64,000 bases of DNA. It comes from an uncultured Methanomicrobiaceae archaeon. GTDB lineage: Archaea; Halobacteriota; Methanomicrobia; Methanomicrobiales; Methanoculleaceae. A program made the translations under genes and the position numbers. The stretch lies in NCBI GenBank assembly GCA_963826525.1, contig CAWGXH010000004.1, forward strand, positions 800,001 to 864,000, read 5' to 3'. The stretch's first letter is position 1. Every line of letters begins with the position of its first letter. Under the pieces are notes generated by a model. It worked only from the letters and a program-made list of their open reading frames with translations, had not been told where the DNA came from and ran no database searches. Below are positions 1-10,367 of this stretch, in pieces.

Positions 1-103
1 AACGAACGTCAGCACGATAGGGATGAGGTAGAGTGCGGCGATGAGGCCGAGTACCGAGGAGTGCAGCAATGAGCAGGATAGCGAGCAGGAGCGATGCGGC
101 CAT
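1..103 (-). CDS. 5' part of a membrane protein, probably the DUF2953-type partner of YtfJ/GerW (runs off window; probable indel)
   Basis: ATG at 103 gives MAASLLLAILLIAALL..., then LGLIAALYLIPIVLTFV in a shifted frame; lies directly downstream of the YtfJ-like gene. Confidence 0.45.
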   Translation of the reverse strand, partial: MAASLLLAILLIAALLGTRPHRRTLPHPYRADVR

Positions 104-126
104 AGAAGAAGGAGTGGGCAGGGAAC

Positions 127-579
127 CTACTGTTCTCCTTCACCCTTGATATGGATCTCTTTTGATTCTCCGGAAGGCTGTGCTTCTTTGTGGCGTTTCA
201 TCATCATCTCGGAGCCTTTCTCCATCGCTCTCCCGATATGCGGGCCGACGGTCTCGCCGAGCGTGGTGATCACCTCCGCTAGTTCGCTCCTCTTCTTGAG
301 CGAGATGACCTGGACGCCCTCGGGGCCGGTAACGCTTCTGTTGATGATCACGAGTGCCACGACATAGACACCGCCGCCCCCGCCCGTGCCGGCTCCACCG
401 CCCCGATTTGCCTCCGTAGTTCCCCCGCTTCCCTCTCCTGCGCCGAAACCGAATCCGAACTCGGCTACCGGAAGTATCACCCGGTCGCCCGCTTCGATCG
501 GTTCACCGATAACGGTGCTCGCACAGAGCATTTTGCCGAGCTGGTCGACGGTCAATTGCAGCATTGATTCGCCAGTCAT
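127..579 (-). CDS. YtfJ/GerW family protein
   Basis: MTGESMLQLTVDQL...TVIGEPIEAGDRVILPVAEFGFGFGAGEG...GGGAGTGGGGG; TATA-like TTATATA near 612-619. Confidence 0.85.
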   Translation of the reverse strand: MTGESMLQLTVDQLGKMLCASTVIGEPIEAGDRVILPVAEFGFGFGAGEGSGGTTEANRGGGAGTGGGGGVYVVALVIINRSVTGPEGVQVISLKKRSELAEVITTLGETVGPHIGRAMEKGSEMMMKRHKEAQPSGESKEIHIKGEGEQ

Positions 580-716
580 ACGTTCACCACAGCTACCACT
601 CTCAGGTATCGTATATAACCGTTGGGGTAATCGGATGCGTTCTCCTGCCTGTTCCGCCGGTACTATCATAACAGCCCCTGGATGAGGTACTGGACGGTTG
701 CCTCTCTGTCCGGCTC

Positions 717-1280
717 TCAGCGGCCGCAAGGAGGTGTGGTGAGGAGTGTGACGACGGCACGGATCAGCCTCCGGAAGGGGACGGCGAGACTTCTTGCGTA
801 GAACTCCCGCAGCTCGCGGTGGTAGAAGAGGCCTAGGATGAGGGCAGCCGCCACGAAGAGGAACCACTCGGACGGCTCCGAGATCTCACTCCAGAATGCG
901 TTCCAGAAGTAGTCGGTATAGTGATGCTGCGGATACGGCCCGAGCAGCGGCCAGTACCACTCGACGGGATGAAGCCACATCCCGTCCATGATCTGGTGCG
1001 AAAAGATGCCGGCTGCGAGCACGATACCGAGGAGAACCCCGCGGTATCGCCAGAGGACGAGCCCCAGGATAAGCAGCACGAGCAGGACGATGAGGCCGTG
1101 AAAGTAGATCCTGCCGTAGTCCACGCTGCCTTTCAGGAAGATGTGCCCGAGCGGTTTGTCGATAACGTCGGAGAGCACCCCTCCGACGGCGCCGACGACG
1201 ACCGCCCGTCGGTCGCCCGATATTTTCCAGAATACCAGCCCGATGAGCAGTCCTGCGACGAGGTGGGCGAGGACGAACAT
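717..1280 (-). CDS. Membrane-bound metal-dependent hydrolase (YdjM-like)
   Basis: N-terminal H, 'SDVIDKPLG', 'GRIYFH', 'SHQIMD' motifs with hydrophobic helices. Confidence 0.8.
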   Translation of the reverse strand: MFVLAHLVAGLLIGLVFWKISGDRRAVVVGAVGGVLSDVIDKPLGHIFLKGSVDYGRIYFHGLIVLLVLLILGLVLWRYRGVLLGIVLAAGIFSHQIMDGMWLHPVEWYWPLLGPYPQHHYTDYFWNAFWSEISEPSEWFLFVAAALILGLFYHRELREFYARSLAVPFRRLIRAVVTLLTTPPCGR

Positions 1281-1384
1281 TGCTCCCTGTTATCGGGGGT
1301 GCATGTTATACTCTTCGGCGCCGTGCCGCAGCGCGAGGTGGAGAGCGGCTGGCCGGTCTGTCTCCGTCCGTTGTTGCAACAGAG

Positions 1385-1430
1385 GGTACTTCGTAACGCA
1401 CATGTGAACCACAATGTATATTACTGTACA
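1385..1430 (+). promoter_or_regulatory. Putative TrpY operator (TRP boxes) overlapping the trp promoter
   Basis: TGTATA(1415-1420)-N4-TGTACA(1425-1430), plus weaker in-phase TGAACC(1405) and GGTACT(1385); 16 nt before the trpB2 ATG. Confidence 0.6.
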
Positions 1431-1446
1431 TGGCTTACGGTGATCC

Positions 1447-2805
1447 ATGCAGACGAAGTTCCTCCTTGACGAAGGGGAGATGCCGAAGCGATGGTATAAC
1501 ATCCAGGCAGACCTGCCGACGCCGATGGATCAGGTCCTCCACCCGGCCACCGGCAAGCCGGTCACCCCCGACGACCTCCACGCCATCTTCCCGATGGAAC
1601 TGATCCGGCAGGAGGTCAGTACGGAGCGCTATATCGATATCCCCGAGGAGGTACGCGATATCCTCACTCTCTGGAGACCGAGTCCCCTCTACCGGGCGCA
1701 CCGGCTCGAGCAGCACCTCAAGACGCCGGCGAAGATCTACTACAAGTGGGAAGGCGTCAGCCCGGCCGGCTCCCACAAGCCGAACACCGCCATCCCGCAG
1801 GCGTACTACAACCGGCAGGAGGGGATAGAGCGGCTCGCCACCGAGACCGGTGCGGGACAGTGGGGTTCGTCGCTCGCATTCGCCACGAGTCTCTTCGATA
1901 TGGCGTGCACCGTCTACATGGTCAGGGCGAGCTACGAGCAGAAGCCCTACCGCAAGATCATGATGCAGACCTACGGTGCCGAGTGCCTGCCGAGCCCGAC
2001 GATGCAGACGAAGTCGGGGCGTGCGGTGCTCGAGCGCGACCCCGAAACATCGGGATCCCTCGGCATCGCTATCTCCGAGGCGGTCGAGGATGCGGCGACC
2101 CACGAGAACACCAACTACGCGCTCGGCTCGGTGCTCAACCACGTCTGTCTCCACCAGACGATCATCGGGCAGGAGGCACAGGCGCAGCTTGCCATGGCGG
2201 ATGTATACCCGGACGTCGTGATCGGAAGCGTTGGCGGCGGGTCGAACTTCGCGGGCCTGAGTTTCCCGTTCGCCGGAGAGAAGATGACCGGGAAGCACCC
2301 GGAGATCGATCTCATCGCCGTCGAACCCTCTGCATGCCCGACCCTGACGAAAGGTCTGTACGCCTACGACTTCGGCGATGTGGCAGGGTTGACGCCGATC
2401 ATGAGGATGTTCACGCTCGGGCATGACTTCGTCCCGCCGGCCATTCACGCAGGCGGCCTGCGCTACCATGGGGCGTCGCCGCTGGTCTCACGGCTTGTGC
2501 AGGACGGCGTCGTCCGGGCGACTTCCTGCCACCAGAACGAGGTCTTCGCCGCAGCCGTGCTGTTTGCGAGGACGGAAGGGATCATCGTCGCCCCCGAGGC
2601 CGCACATGCGGTGAAGGTAACCGTCGACGAGGCGCTCCGCTGCCGGGAGACGGGTGAGGAGAAGGTCATTCTCTTCAACAACTCGGGCCACGGGAACTTC
2701 GACCTCTCGTCCTACGACGCTTACTTCGCGGGAAAGCTGGTCGACTACGAGTATCCGGCCGACCTGATCAAGGAAGCGCTCGGACGACTGCCGGTGGTGG
2801 GGTGA
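1447..2805 (+). CDS. trpB2: TrpB-like PLP enzyme (tryptophan synthase beta chain 2)
   Basis: 'WYNIQADLP', 'GSHKPNTA', 'TETGAGQWG', 'HAGGLRYHG' motifs; 452 aa. Confidence 0.95.
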   Translation: MQTKFLLDEGEMPKRWYNIQADLPTPMDQVLHPATGKPVTPDDLHAIFPMELIRQEVSTERYIDIPEEVRDILTLWRPSPLYRAHRLEQHLKTPAKIYYKWEGVSPAGSHKPNTAIPQAYYNRQEGIERLATETGAGQWGSSLAFATSLFDMACTVYMVRASYEQKPYRKIMMQTYGAECLPSPTMQTKSGRAVLERDPETSGSLGIAISEAVEDAATHENTNYALGSVLNHVCLHQTIIGQEAQAQLAMADVYPDVVIGSVGGGSNFAGLSFPFAGEKMTGKHPEIDLIAVEPSACPTLTKGLYAYDFGDVAGLTPIMRMFTLGHDFVPPAIHAGGLRYHGASPLVSRLVQDGVVRATSCHQNEVFAAAVLFARTEGIIVAPEAAHAVKVTVDEALRCRETGEEKVILFNNSGHGNFDLSSYDAYFAGKLVDYEYPADLIKEALGRLPVVG

Positions 2806-2878
2806 TGCCGGTGGACTGGACGGCGCTCGAAGAGAGCCATTTATAGAACTGAACCTGACCCCTGCGGAGTTTTGTGCT

Positions 2879-4351
2879 GTGGCAGAGCGGCGGGACGGAG
2901 CCCTGCTCATCCCCCTCTTCTGCAGGGTCCCGCTTCCGAACTGCTCCCCCTCGACGATCTACCGGCACCTGCGCCAGGCTCGCGGCTGTCTGCTCGAATC
3001 GCTCGAAGGAAGCGAGAAGGTCGCCCGCTACTCCTTCATCTGCACTGATCCCGGTCTCTTCGTCTCCGTCGGAAACGACGGAGCCGTCAGCCTCACGGGC
3101 GATCCGCGACTGACGGCGATCGCCGCATCGCCGGGAGGGAACGATCCGGTCGATCTGATCCGGTCGATCATGGCGCGGTTCAAGGTCGCAGCGGTCGATC
3201 TCCCCCGGTACTTCGGCGGGATGGTGGGCTACTTTGCCTACGACATCGTCTCCTCGCTCGCACCGACGGTGCGATCGTGCGCCCGCGACGATCTCCTGAT
3301 GCCGGTCGCCCGGTTCATGCTCGCAACGGACTGCCTGATCATCGATCACCGCGAGCGCGAGGCCTTCATCGTCAGGACGCCGCTGCTGACGGAGAACTCC
3401 GATCCGGCAGGGGTCTACGAGGAGAGCAGCCGCGCGATCGCCGCGACGGTGAGCCGGATCGCGTCCCTGGCAGGCGAGACCGAGACTCCGGGGGCAGCAC
3501 CCGCTTCGCAGGAACCTCCCCCCCGGACGGTATCGTCACTCTCACGGGAGGAGTACATGCAGGCGGTGCTCCGGATCAAGGAGCATATCTTCGCCGGCGA
3601 TATCTTCCAGGCCGTCATCTCCCGGCGGATCGAGGCACCGGCTCCGGCCGATCCCTTCGCCGTATACCGGGCGCTCCGGTCAGGCAACCCGAGCCCGTAC
3701 ATGTACTATCTCGACTTTGGCGATACCTCGCTTGTCGGGAGTAGTCCGGAGATGCTGGTGCGGGTTGAGGACGGCCGGGTGACGACCGTCCCGATAGCGG
3801 GGACACGCCCCCGGGGTGTCACGCTGGAGGAAGACGAATTTCTTGCCGCAGAACTCCTCGCAGACGAGAAGGAACGGGCGGAGCATATCATGCTCGTCGA
3901 CCTTGCGCGTAATGATGTCGGTGCGGTTACAGCCTACGGTTCCGTCCGGCTCGACGAGTTCATGGGTATTGAACGGTTCTCGCACGTCCAGCATATCGTC
4001 TCGACGGTCAGCGGAGCCCTCCGGCCGGAGTGCGACTGCTTCGACGTCCTGAAAACCTGCTTCCCGGCAGGCACCGTCAGCGGCGCTCCGAAGGTTCGGG
4101 CGATGCAGCTCATCGACGAGGTGGAGGGGACACGGCGCGGCCCTTATGCCGGCGCCGTCGGGCACATCGGATTTTCGGGTGCAATGGACATGGCCATCAC
4201 CATCCGGACCGTCGTCGTCCGGGGGAATACGGCATACACCCAGGTCGGAGCGGGGATCGTCGCCGACTCCGATCCCGAGAGCGAATGGTACGAGACGGAG
4301 CGAAAGGCAGCGGCTATGCTCCGTGCGCTCGGTCCGGGAGGCGGCATATGA
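2879..4351 (+). CDS. trpE: Anthranilate synthase component I (true start may be ATG 2805 with an indel near 2835)
   Basis: 'LLES', 'NPSPYMY', 'PIAGTRPRG', 'EHIMLVDLARND', 'FPAGTVSGAPK'. Confidence 0.95.
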   Translation: MAERRDGALLIPLFCRVPLPNCSPSTIYRHLRQARGCLLESLEGSEKVARYSFICTDPGLFVSVGNDGAVSLTGDPRLTAIAASPGGNDPVDLIRSIMARFKVAAVDLPRYFGGMVGYFAYDIVSSLAPTVRSCARDDLLMPVARFMLATDCLIIDHREREAFIVRTPLLTENSDPAGVYEESSRAIAATVSRIASLAGETETPGAAPASQEPPPRTVSSLSREEYMQAVLRIKEHIFAGDIFQAVISRRIEAPAPADPFAVYRALRSGNPSPYMYYLDFGDTSLVGSSPEMLVRVEDGRVTTVPIAGTRPRGVTLEEDEFLAAELLADEKERAEHIMLVDLARNDVGAVTAYGSVRLDEFMGIERFSHVQHIVSTVSGALRPECDCFDVLKTCFPAGTVSGAPKVRAMQLIDEVEGTRRGPYAGAVGHIGFSGAMDMAITIRTVVVRGNTAYTQVGAGIVADSDPESEWYETERKAAAMLRALGPGGGI

Positions 4352-4929
4352 AGGTTCTTGTCATCGATACCTACGATAGTTTCACGTTCAACCTCTGCCA
4401 GCAGATCGGTGCGCTCGGCGCCGATCCGATAGTGGTGAAGAGCGATGCGCCCTTCGAGCACGTCTGCGCCATCCCCTGCGATCGCATCGTGCTCTCGCCG
4501 GGGCACGGCCACCCGCGTGATTCCTCCCTCTACCGTCGGGTTCTCGCCACCATGAGCCGGACGATCCCGACGCTCGGGGTCTGCCTCGGTCACCAGGCGA
4601 TCGGGCTTGCTTTCGGCGCGGACGTCGTACGGGCGAACCGCGTGATGCACGGCAGGACGTCTCTGATCCGGCATGACGGAAAGACCATCTTTGCGGGTCT
4701 CGCCGACCCGCTCACTGCCACCCGCTACCACTCGCTCATCCTCGATGCCGGAACCATACCGCCGGATCTCGTGGTCACTGCACAGAGCGCGGACGACGGC
4801 GTGGTCATGGGCGTCCGGCATACCATCTACCCGATCGAAGGGGTGCAGTTCCACCCGGAGAGCATCCTCACCCCCGAAGGGTCTCGGCTGATGGAGAACT
4901 TCCTCGACTATCCGGAGGGAGTGGCATGA
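4348..4929 (+). CDS. trpG: Anthranilate synthase component II (glutamine amidotransferase)
   Basis: [13 protein letters not shown], 'LGVCLGHQ', 'RYHSL', 'GVQFHPES'; ATGA overlap with trpE. Confidence 0.95.
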   Translation: MKVLVIDTYDSFTFNLCQQIGALGADPIVVKSDAPFEHVCAIPCDRIVLSPGHGHPRDSSLYRRVLATMSRTIPTLGVCLGHQAIGLAFGADVVRANRVMHGRTSLIRHDGKTIFAGLADPLTATRYHSLILDAGTIPPDLVVTAQSADDGVVMGVRHTIYPIEGVQFHPESILTPEGSRLMENFLDYPEGVA

Positions 4930-5942
4930 TCCGCGAGGCGATTGCACAGGTCGCGGGCGGTGGTGATCTCTCGCCCGACGATGCCGCGACGGTGATGTGC
5001 GAGATCGTGGAAGGAAAGGCTACTGCGGCACAGATCGGGAGTTTCCTCACGGCCATGCGGATGAAGGGAGAGACGGCCGCCGAGATCGCGGCCTTCGCCC
5101 GCGTGATGCGGAGCGCTGCGGTCACGGCCCCGGTTCCCGGGCCAGGCAGGCTCGTCGATACCTGCGGCACGGGCGGCGACGGGCTCGGCACCTTCAATAT
5201 CAGCACGGCTGCGGCGTTCGTCGCTGCGGGTGCCGGGGTGCCGGTGGTGAAGCACGGCAACCGGAGCGTCTCAAGCCGGTGCGGTTCTGCAGACGTGCTC
5301 GAAGCGCTCGGCGTCCGTATCGGGACGCCCCCCGAAGAGATCGGTGAGGTGCTTCGGGCGGCGGGGATCGCCTTCCTCTTCGCGCCGGTGTACCACCCGG
5401 CGCTGCTCCACGCCCGCGACGTCCGGCAGGAGATTGGCATCCGGACGCTCTTCAACCTCCTTGGGCCGCTCGCAAACCCGGCCGGGGCGCAGGCACAGCT
5501 CATGGGCGTCTACGCTCCAGGGCTCGTCGGCACGCTGGCGGAGGTGCTCGCTCTGCTTGGTCTCGAGCGGGCGATGGTGGTGCACGGATCGGGGATCGAC
5601 GAGTTCACGACGACCGGGACAACGCTCGTCGCGGAGCTCGAGGGCGGCCGGATCCGGACGAGCCTGATCGACTGCGAGGAGTTCGGGATCCCACGGGCGA
5701 ATGCTGCGGCGCTCCGCGGGGGAGACGTCCGGGAGAACGCCCGGATCCTCCGCGGGGTGCTGGCCGGCGTTCAGAGCCCCGCCCGCGATATCGTCCTCCT
5801 CAACGCGGGTGCGGCCGTGTACCTCGGTGGCAGGGCGTCCGACCTCATGGACGGGATCGCCCGGGCTGCAGATGCGATCGACTCCGGCAGGGCTGTGGAA
5901 AGGCTCTATCGCTTGATAGAGGCTACCGGAGGTGCCGTGTGA
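4926..5942 (+). CDS. trpD: Anthranilate phosphoribosyltransferase
   Basis: 'DTCGTGGDG', 'FNIST', 'KHGNRSVSS', '[10 protein letters not shown]'. Confidence 0.97.
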   Translation: MIREAIAQVAGGGDLSPDDAATVMCEIVEGKATAAQIGSFLTAMRMKGETAAEIAAFARVMRSAAVTAPVPGPGRLVDTCGTGGDGLGTFNISTAAAFVAAGAGVPVVKHGNRSVSSRCGSADVLEALGVRIGTPPEEIGEVLRAAGIAFLFAPVYHPALLHARDVRQEIGIRTLFNLLGPLANPAGAQAQLMGVYAPGLVGTLAEVLALLGLERAMVVHGSGIDEFTTTGTTLVAELEGGRIRTSLIDCEEFGIPRANAAALRGGDVRENARILRGVLAGVQSPARDIVLLNAGAAVYLGGRASDLMDGIARAADAIDSGRAVERLYRLIEATGGAV

Positions 5943-6697
5943 TACTCGACGAGATCATCAGGTCCACCGGCAAGCGCATCGGCAACCTTGGTTCTTTTCC
6001 GGCTGTCGATCCTGCGGGTATGCCTCACCGGAGCCTTGATGCGGCGATACGGGCGTGCCGGGAGAAGAATGCGATCATCGCCGAGGTGAAGTACGCCTCC
6101 CCCTCACGCGGCAGGATTCACGACGGCTGCACCCCCGAAGAAATCGCCCGGGAGTTCGCCGCTGCCGGAGCTGCCGGCCTCTCGGTGCTCACCGAACCCA
6201 CCTTCTTCGGGGGGAGTGTCGAGAACCTCATCCGGGCACGGCATGCGGTATCGGTGCCGATCCTCCGGAAGGACTTCATCATCGACGAACGCCAGCTCGC
6301 GGAGACCAGGCTGCTCGGCGCCGACGCAGTCCTCCTTATCACCCGGGTGCTCGGCGATCGGCTCGCCGCATTCGTCGACGAGGCACGGCTGCTCGGCCTC
6401 GAGCCGCTCGTCGAGGTCCATGACCAGAGCGAGATGGAGTCAGCCCTCGCCACCGAGGCGGGCCTCATCGGGGTCAACAACCGCGATCTCCGAACGCTGA
6501 CGATCGATCTCTCCACCACGATCCGCCTTGCGGAGGCGGCACGCGACGACGGGAGGCTGGTGGTCTCCGAGAGCGGCATCATCTGGCCATACGACGTTCG
6601 GAGCCTGCGGAAGCACTGCGACGCGTTCCTGATCGGTTCGGCCCTCATGTCGGCCCGGGACCGCCGGCGAAAGCTGGAGGGATTCGTATTCGCGTGA
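5939..6697 (+). CDS. trpC: Indole-3-glycerol phosphate synthase
   Basis: '[11 protein letters not shown]', 'LSVLTEP', 'LRKDFI', 'GVNNRDL', 'SESGI'. Confidence 0.97.
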   Translation: MILDEIIRSTGKRIGNLGSFPAVDPAGMPHRSLDAAIRACREKNAIIAEVKYASPSRGRIHDGCTPEEIAREFAAAGAAGLSVLTEPTFFGGSVENLIRARHAVSVPILRKDFIIDERQLAETRLLGADAVLLITRVLGDRLAAFVDEARLLGLEPLVEVHDQSEMESALATEAGLIGVNNRDLRTLTIDLSTTIRLAEAARDDGRLVVSESGIIWPYDVRSLRKHCDAFLIGSALMSARDRRRKLEGFVFA

Positions 6698-7266
6698 AGA
6701 TCTGTGGGATCACCACCGTCGATGACGCCCGCGCCGCCGCAGCGGCGGGAGCCGACGCCATAGGGGTGGTGATGAGAAGCCCGTCGCCGCGATCCGTGAT
6801 GCCCGACCTGGCACGGGCGATATTTGCGGCGGTTTCGCCGTTTGTGACCACGGTCGCCGTCACGTCGACCGACCGGGAGGAAGACCTTGCGGCGATCCTC
6901 GACTGCCGGCCGGATGCGGTGCAGGTAGGGGGCGACCTCGACCTACCCCGGGGTGCGGCGGTGCGTCTCCTCCGGGTGCTCAGGCCCGGCGACGCCCTCC
7001 GGGACGACTGCGATGCGGTGGTCGTCGATGGCAGTCATGGCACCGGACAGGCATTCGACCGTGCGTATGCCGAAAAGTGCGTGGCCTCCTCGCCGGTGCC
7101 GGTCATCCTCGCGGGCGGACTGACCTGTGGGAATGTGGGGGAGGCGATACGGGCGGTGCGGCCGTATGCCGTCGACGTCTCTTCGGGCGTCGAGACGGCG
7201 CCGGGGCGAAAGGACGATCGGCTCATGAGAGCGTTTGTGAAGATATGCAGGACGACATACCTATGA
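6694..7266 (+). CDS. trpF: Phosphoribosylanthranilate isomerase
   Basis: 'KICGIT', 'SPRSV', 'ILAGGL', 'VDVSSGVE'. Confidence 0.95.
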   Translation: MKICGITTVDDARAAAAAGADAIGVVMRSPSPRSVMPDLARAIFAAVSPFVTTVAVTSTDREEDLAAILDCRPDAVQVGGDLDLPRGAAVRLLRVLRPGDALRDDCDAVVVDGSHGTGQAFDRAYAEKCVASSPVPVILAGGLTCGNVGEAIRAVRPYAVDVSSGVETAPGRKDDRLMRAFVKICRTTYL

Positions 7267-8434
7267 AAGCAGGACGATACGGAGTATATGGCGGGCAGTA
7301 CGTGCCCGAGACGCTGATGAGTGCACTGGTTGAACTTGAGGAGACCTATGGGCGGGTCCGTGCCGACCCGGAGTTCTCGCGACGGCTCGGCTGGTACCTG
7401 CGTGAGTATGCCGGCAGGGAGACGCCGCTTTCCTACTGCACCAACCTCTCCCGCGAACTCGGCTGCCGTGTCTACTTAAAACGCGAGGACCTCCTCCACG
7501 GCGGTGCGCACAAACTGAACAACACCCTCGGCCAGGCGCTCATGGCGAAGTTCATGGGCAAGCGCCGGCTGATCGCCGAGACCGGCGCCGGACAGCACGG
7601 CGTGGCGACGGCTATCGCGGGTGCGGCTCTCGGCCTTCCCGTCGATGTCTACATGGGCGAGGTGGATACACGGCGGCAGGCGCTGAACGTCTTCCGGATG
7701 GAGCTCCTCGGAGCTCGGGTCATTCCGGTTGCCTCTGGAACGCGGACCCTTAAAGACGCCATCAACGCAGCGATGCGCGACTGGGTGGCAAATCTCCGGG
7801 AGACCCACTACCTGCTTGGCTCCTGCGTCGGCCCGCACCCCTTCCCCCGGATCGTCCGGGATTTCCAGTCGGTCATCGGCGAGGAGGCGAGACGGCAGAT
7901 ACTCGAACGGGAAGGACGGCTCCCCGATACCGTCGTCGCCTGCGTCGGCGGGGGTTCGAACGCGATCGGCATCTTCTACCCGTTCGTGAACGACGACGTG
8001 ACGCTTGTGGGTGTAGAGGCGGGCGGCGAGGGGCTCGATACGCCTCGTCACGGGGCGTCGCTCTCTGCCGGTTCGGTCGGGGTCTTCCAGGGGGCGCTCT
8101 CCTACCTCCTCCAGGACGACGACGGTCAGGCGCTCGAGACACACTCCATCGCCGCAGGTCTCGACCACCCCTCCGTCGGTCCCGAGCACGCTATGCTGAA
8201 AGATCCGGGCGGGTCCGCTACGAGGCGGTCACCGACCGGGAGGCACTCGAGGCCTTCCGCTACCTCTCCCGCACCGAGGGGATCATCCCGGCACTCGAAT
8301 CCGCCCATGCGGTTGCCTACGCTCTCCGGGCTGCAGGCGACCTCGACCGGGACGGCATCCTCGTCGTCAACCTCTCGGGACGGGGCGACAAAGACGTCGC
8401 CGACGTCGCGAAGATCCCCGGAGGAGCGGCATGA
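7263..8434 (+). CDS. trpB: Tryptophan synthase beta chain 1 (frameshift near 8208, probably sequencing error)
   Basis: 'GGQYVPE', '[15 protein letters not shown]', 'ETGAGQHG'; C-terminal '[12 protein letters not shown]...NLSGRGDKD' in a shifted frame. Confidence 0.93.
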
Positions 8435-9267
8435 GCCGAATCGCCGAGCTTTTTGCCCGGAAGAATCCGGTCTTCATCGGCTTTACCGTCGCCGGAGACC
8501 CGGATATCAAAACGTCACTCCGGATTGCGGAAACGATGATCGATGCGGGTGTCGATCTCCTCGAGATTGCCGTTCCCTACTCCGACCCCGTGGCGGACGG
8601 CCCCGTGATAGAGCGGGCGCATGTCCGCGCTCTCCACGCCGGTACCACGCCGGATGATGTCTTCGCCCTTGTCCGGCAGGTCAGGGAGTACGCACCGGCA
8701 CTGCCGATCGTCCTCTTCACCTACTACAACATCATTTACCGTCGGAGCCCCGAGCGGTTCTTTGCGGAGGCTGCCGCCGCCGGTGCGGACGGCGTCCTCA
8801 TCGTCGATCTCCCCGTCGAAGAGTCGGGTGAGGTCGCGCTGCCTGCCGTGCGGCATGGCATCGACCGGATCATGCTCGTCGCCCCGACAACATCGCCGGA
8901 GCGCCGAAGGGCGATCCTCCGGGAGGCAGCAGGTTTCGTCTACCTGATCTCGCTCGAAGGGGTGACCGGCGAGCGCGACCGGCTCTCGCCCGATATCGCC
9001 GGGCTGATCGGTGCGGTGCGGGCGGATACCGATCTCCCGCTTGCGGTGGGGTTCGGGGTTTCAAGCCCCGAGCATGTCCGGACAGTTGCGGCCGCCGGTG
9101 CGGACGGCGTCATCGTGGGGAGCGCGCTCGTCCGGATCATCGAAGAGCATCTCAGTGACGAGGCAGGGATGCACGACACGCTCCGCACCACGATCGGAGC
9201 GATGCGGCGTGCGCTCCTCCCCGGCCCCGGGCCTGATATACCCGGACGAGAAAGAATAGAGGGATGA
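8431..9267 (+). CDS. trpA: Tryptophan synthase alpha chain
   Basis: 'AGDP', '[12 protein letters not shown]', 'GVTG', 'VGFGVS', 'DGVIVGSA'. Confidence 0.97.
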   Translation: MSRIAELFARKNPVFIGFTVAGDPDIKTSLRIAETMIDAGVDLLEIAVPYSDPVADGPVIERAHVRALHAGTTPDDVFALVRQVREYAPALPIVLFTYYNIIYRRSPERFFAEAAAAGADGVLIVDLPVEESGEVALPAVRHGIDRIMLVAPTTSPERRRAILREAAGFVYLISLEGVTGERDRLSPDIAGLIGAVRADTDLPLAVGFGVSSPEHVRTVAAAGADGVIVGSALVRIIEEHLSDEAGMHDTLRTTIGAMRRALLPGPGPDIPGRERIEG

Positions 9268-10367
9268 CGTGGACTATCGGATTCCTCGTTAACCCGATCG
9301 CCGGCATGGGTGGTGCCGTCGGGCTGAAGGGGACGGACGGGCAGCTCGCCGAAGCCGTCCGGCGGGGGGCGGTCCCGCATGCCTGCGACCGGGCAGTGCA
9401 GACCCTCTCTCTTCTCCGGGACGACGATATCAGTTTTGTCACCTGTGCCGGAGCGATGGGCGAGGACGTCCTCCTGCGTGCGGGCATCTCTGGGTATACT
9501 GTCCTCTACCGGCCGTGCAACTCCACCACTGCTGCCGATACGAAGGCTGCGTGCCGGGCATTCCTCGACGCCGGGGTCGACCTGATTCTCTTCTGCGGCG
9601 GGGACGGAACGGCTCGGGACGTCTACGACGCCGCCCGGCAGGAGGTGCCGATCCTGGGGATTCCTGCCGGAGTGAAGATGTACTCGGCCGTCTTCGCCGT
9701 CAATCCTGTGGCGGCAGCCGGTCTCGTCCGGCAGGCGGGTCGGGTCGGGTGTCGGGACTCCGAGGTCATGGACATAGACGAGGAGGTCTACCGTTCCGGC
9801 CGCCTCACTGCCCGGCTCTATGGGTATGCACGTGTTCCGTATATCCCGGAGCGGACGCAGGGTGGGAAACAGGTCTTCGAACAGCAGGACGAAGAGCGGG
9901 CGAAAGACGAGATCGCCGCATTCATCACCGAGATCATGATCCCCGGGACGCTTTACATCATCGGCGCCGGGAGCACGACGGCGCGGATTATGGAGCGAAT
10001 GGGGCTTTCTCCGACGCTCCTCGGTGTCGACGTCGTCCGGGACGGGAAGGTCGTCGCCCGCGATGCCGACGAACGGACGCTTCTTGCCCTCTTCGATGAA
10101 CGCCCGCGGGCGAAGATCATTATCAGCCCCATCGGTGCGCAGGGCTTCGTCCTCGGGAGGGGGAACCAGCAGATAAGCCCTGCAGTGCTCCGGAAGGCCG
10201 GATTACAGAATCTCATCGTGGTTGCCACGCCCGCCAAGCTCGCCGCCACGCCCCTCCTGTACGTCGACTCCGGGGATGCGGTGCTGGACCGGCGGATCGG
10301 CGACTCCCTGCCGGTCATCTCCGGGTACCGGATTGCGCAGCGGAAACGGGTCGTCAACACCGGGTGA
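9264..10367 (+). CDS. ATP-NAD kinase family (AcoX-like) protein
   Basis: 'NPIAGMGG.VGLKGTDG', 'GGDGTARD', 'GIPAGVKMYS', 'GRGNQQISP'. Confidence 0.85.
   Translation: MTWTIGFLVNPIAGMGGAVGLKGTDGQLAEAVRRGAVPHACDRAVQTLSLLRDDDISFVTCAGAMGEDVLLRAGISGYTVLYRPCNSTTAADTKAACRAFLDAGVDLILFCGGDGTARDVYDAARQEVPILGIPAGVKMYSAVFAVNPVAAAGLVRQAGRVGCRDSEVMDIDEEVYRSGRLTARLYGYARVPYIPERTQGGKQVFEQQDEERAKDEIAAFITEIMIPGTLYIIGAGSTTARIMERMGLSPTLLGVDVVRDGKVVARDADERTLLALFDERPRAKIIISPIGAQGFVLGRGNQQISPAVLRKAGLQNLIVVATPAKLAATPLLYVDSGDAVLDRRIGDSLPVISGYRIAQRKRVVNTG

Noticed and set aside
127-579. Sporulation-type YtfJ/GerW gene as a sign of sporulation
   Set aside because: The family is widespread in non-sporulating prokaryotes; no other sporulation genes are present
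1303-1446. Trp leader peptide before the trp operon
   Set aside because: Short ORFs there have at most one Trp codon; the TRP boxes explain regulation better
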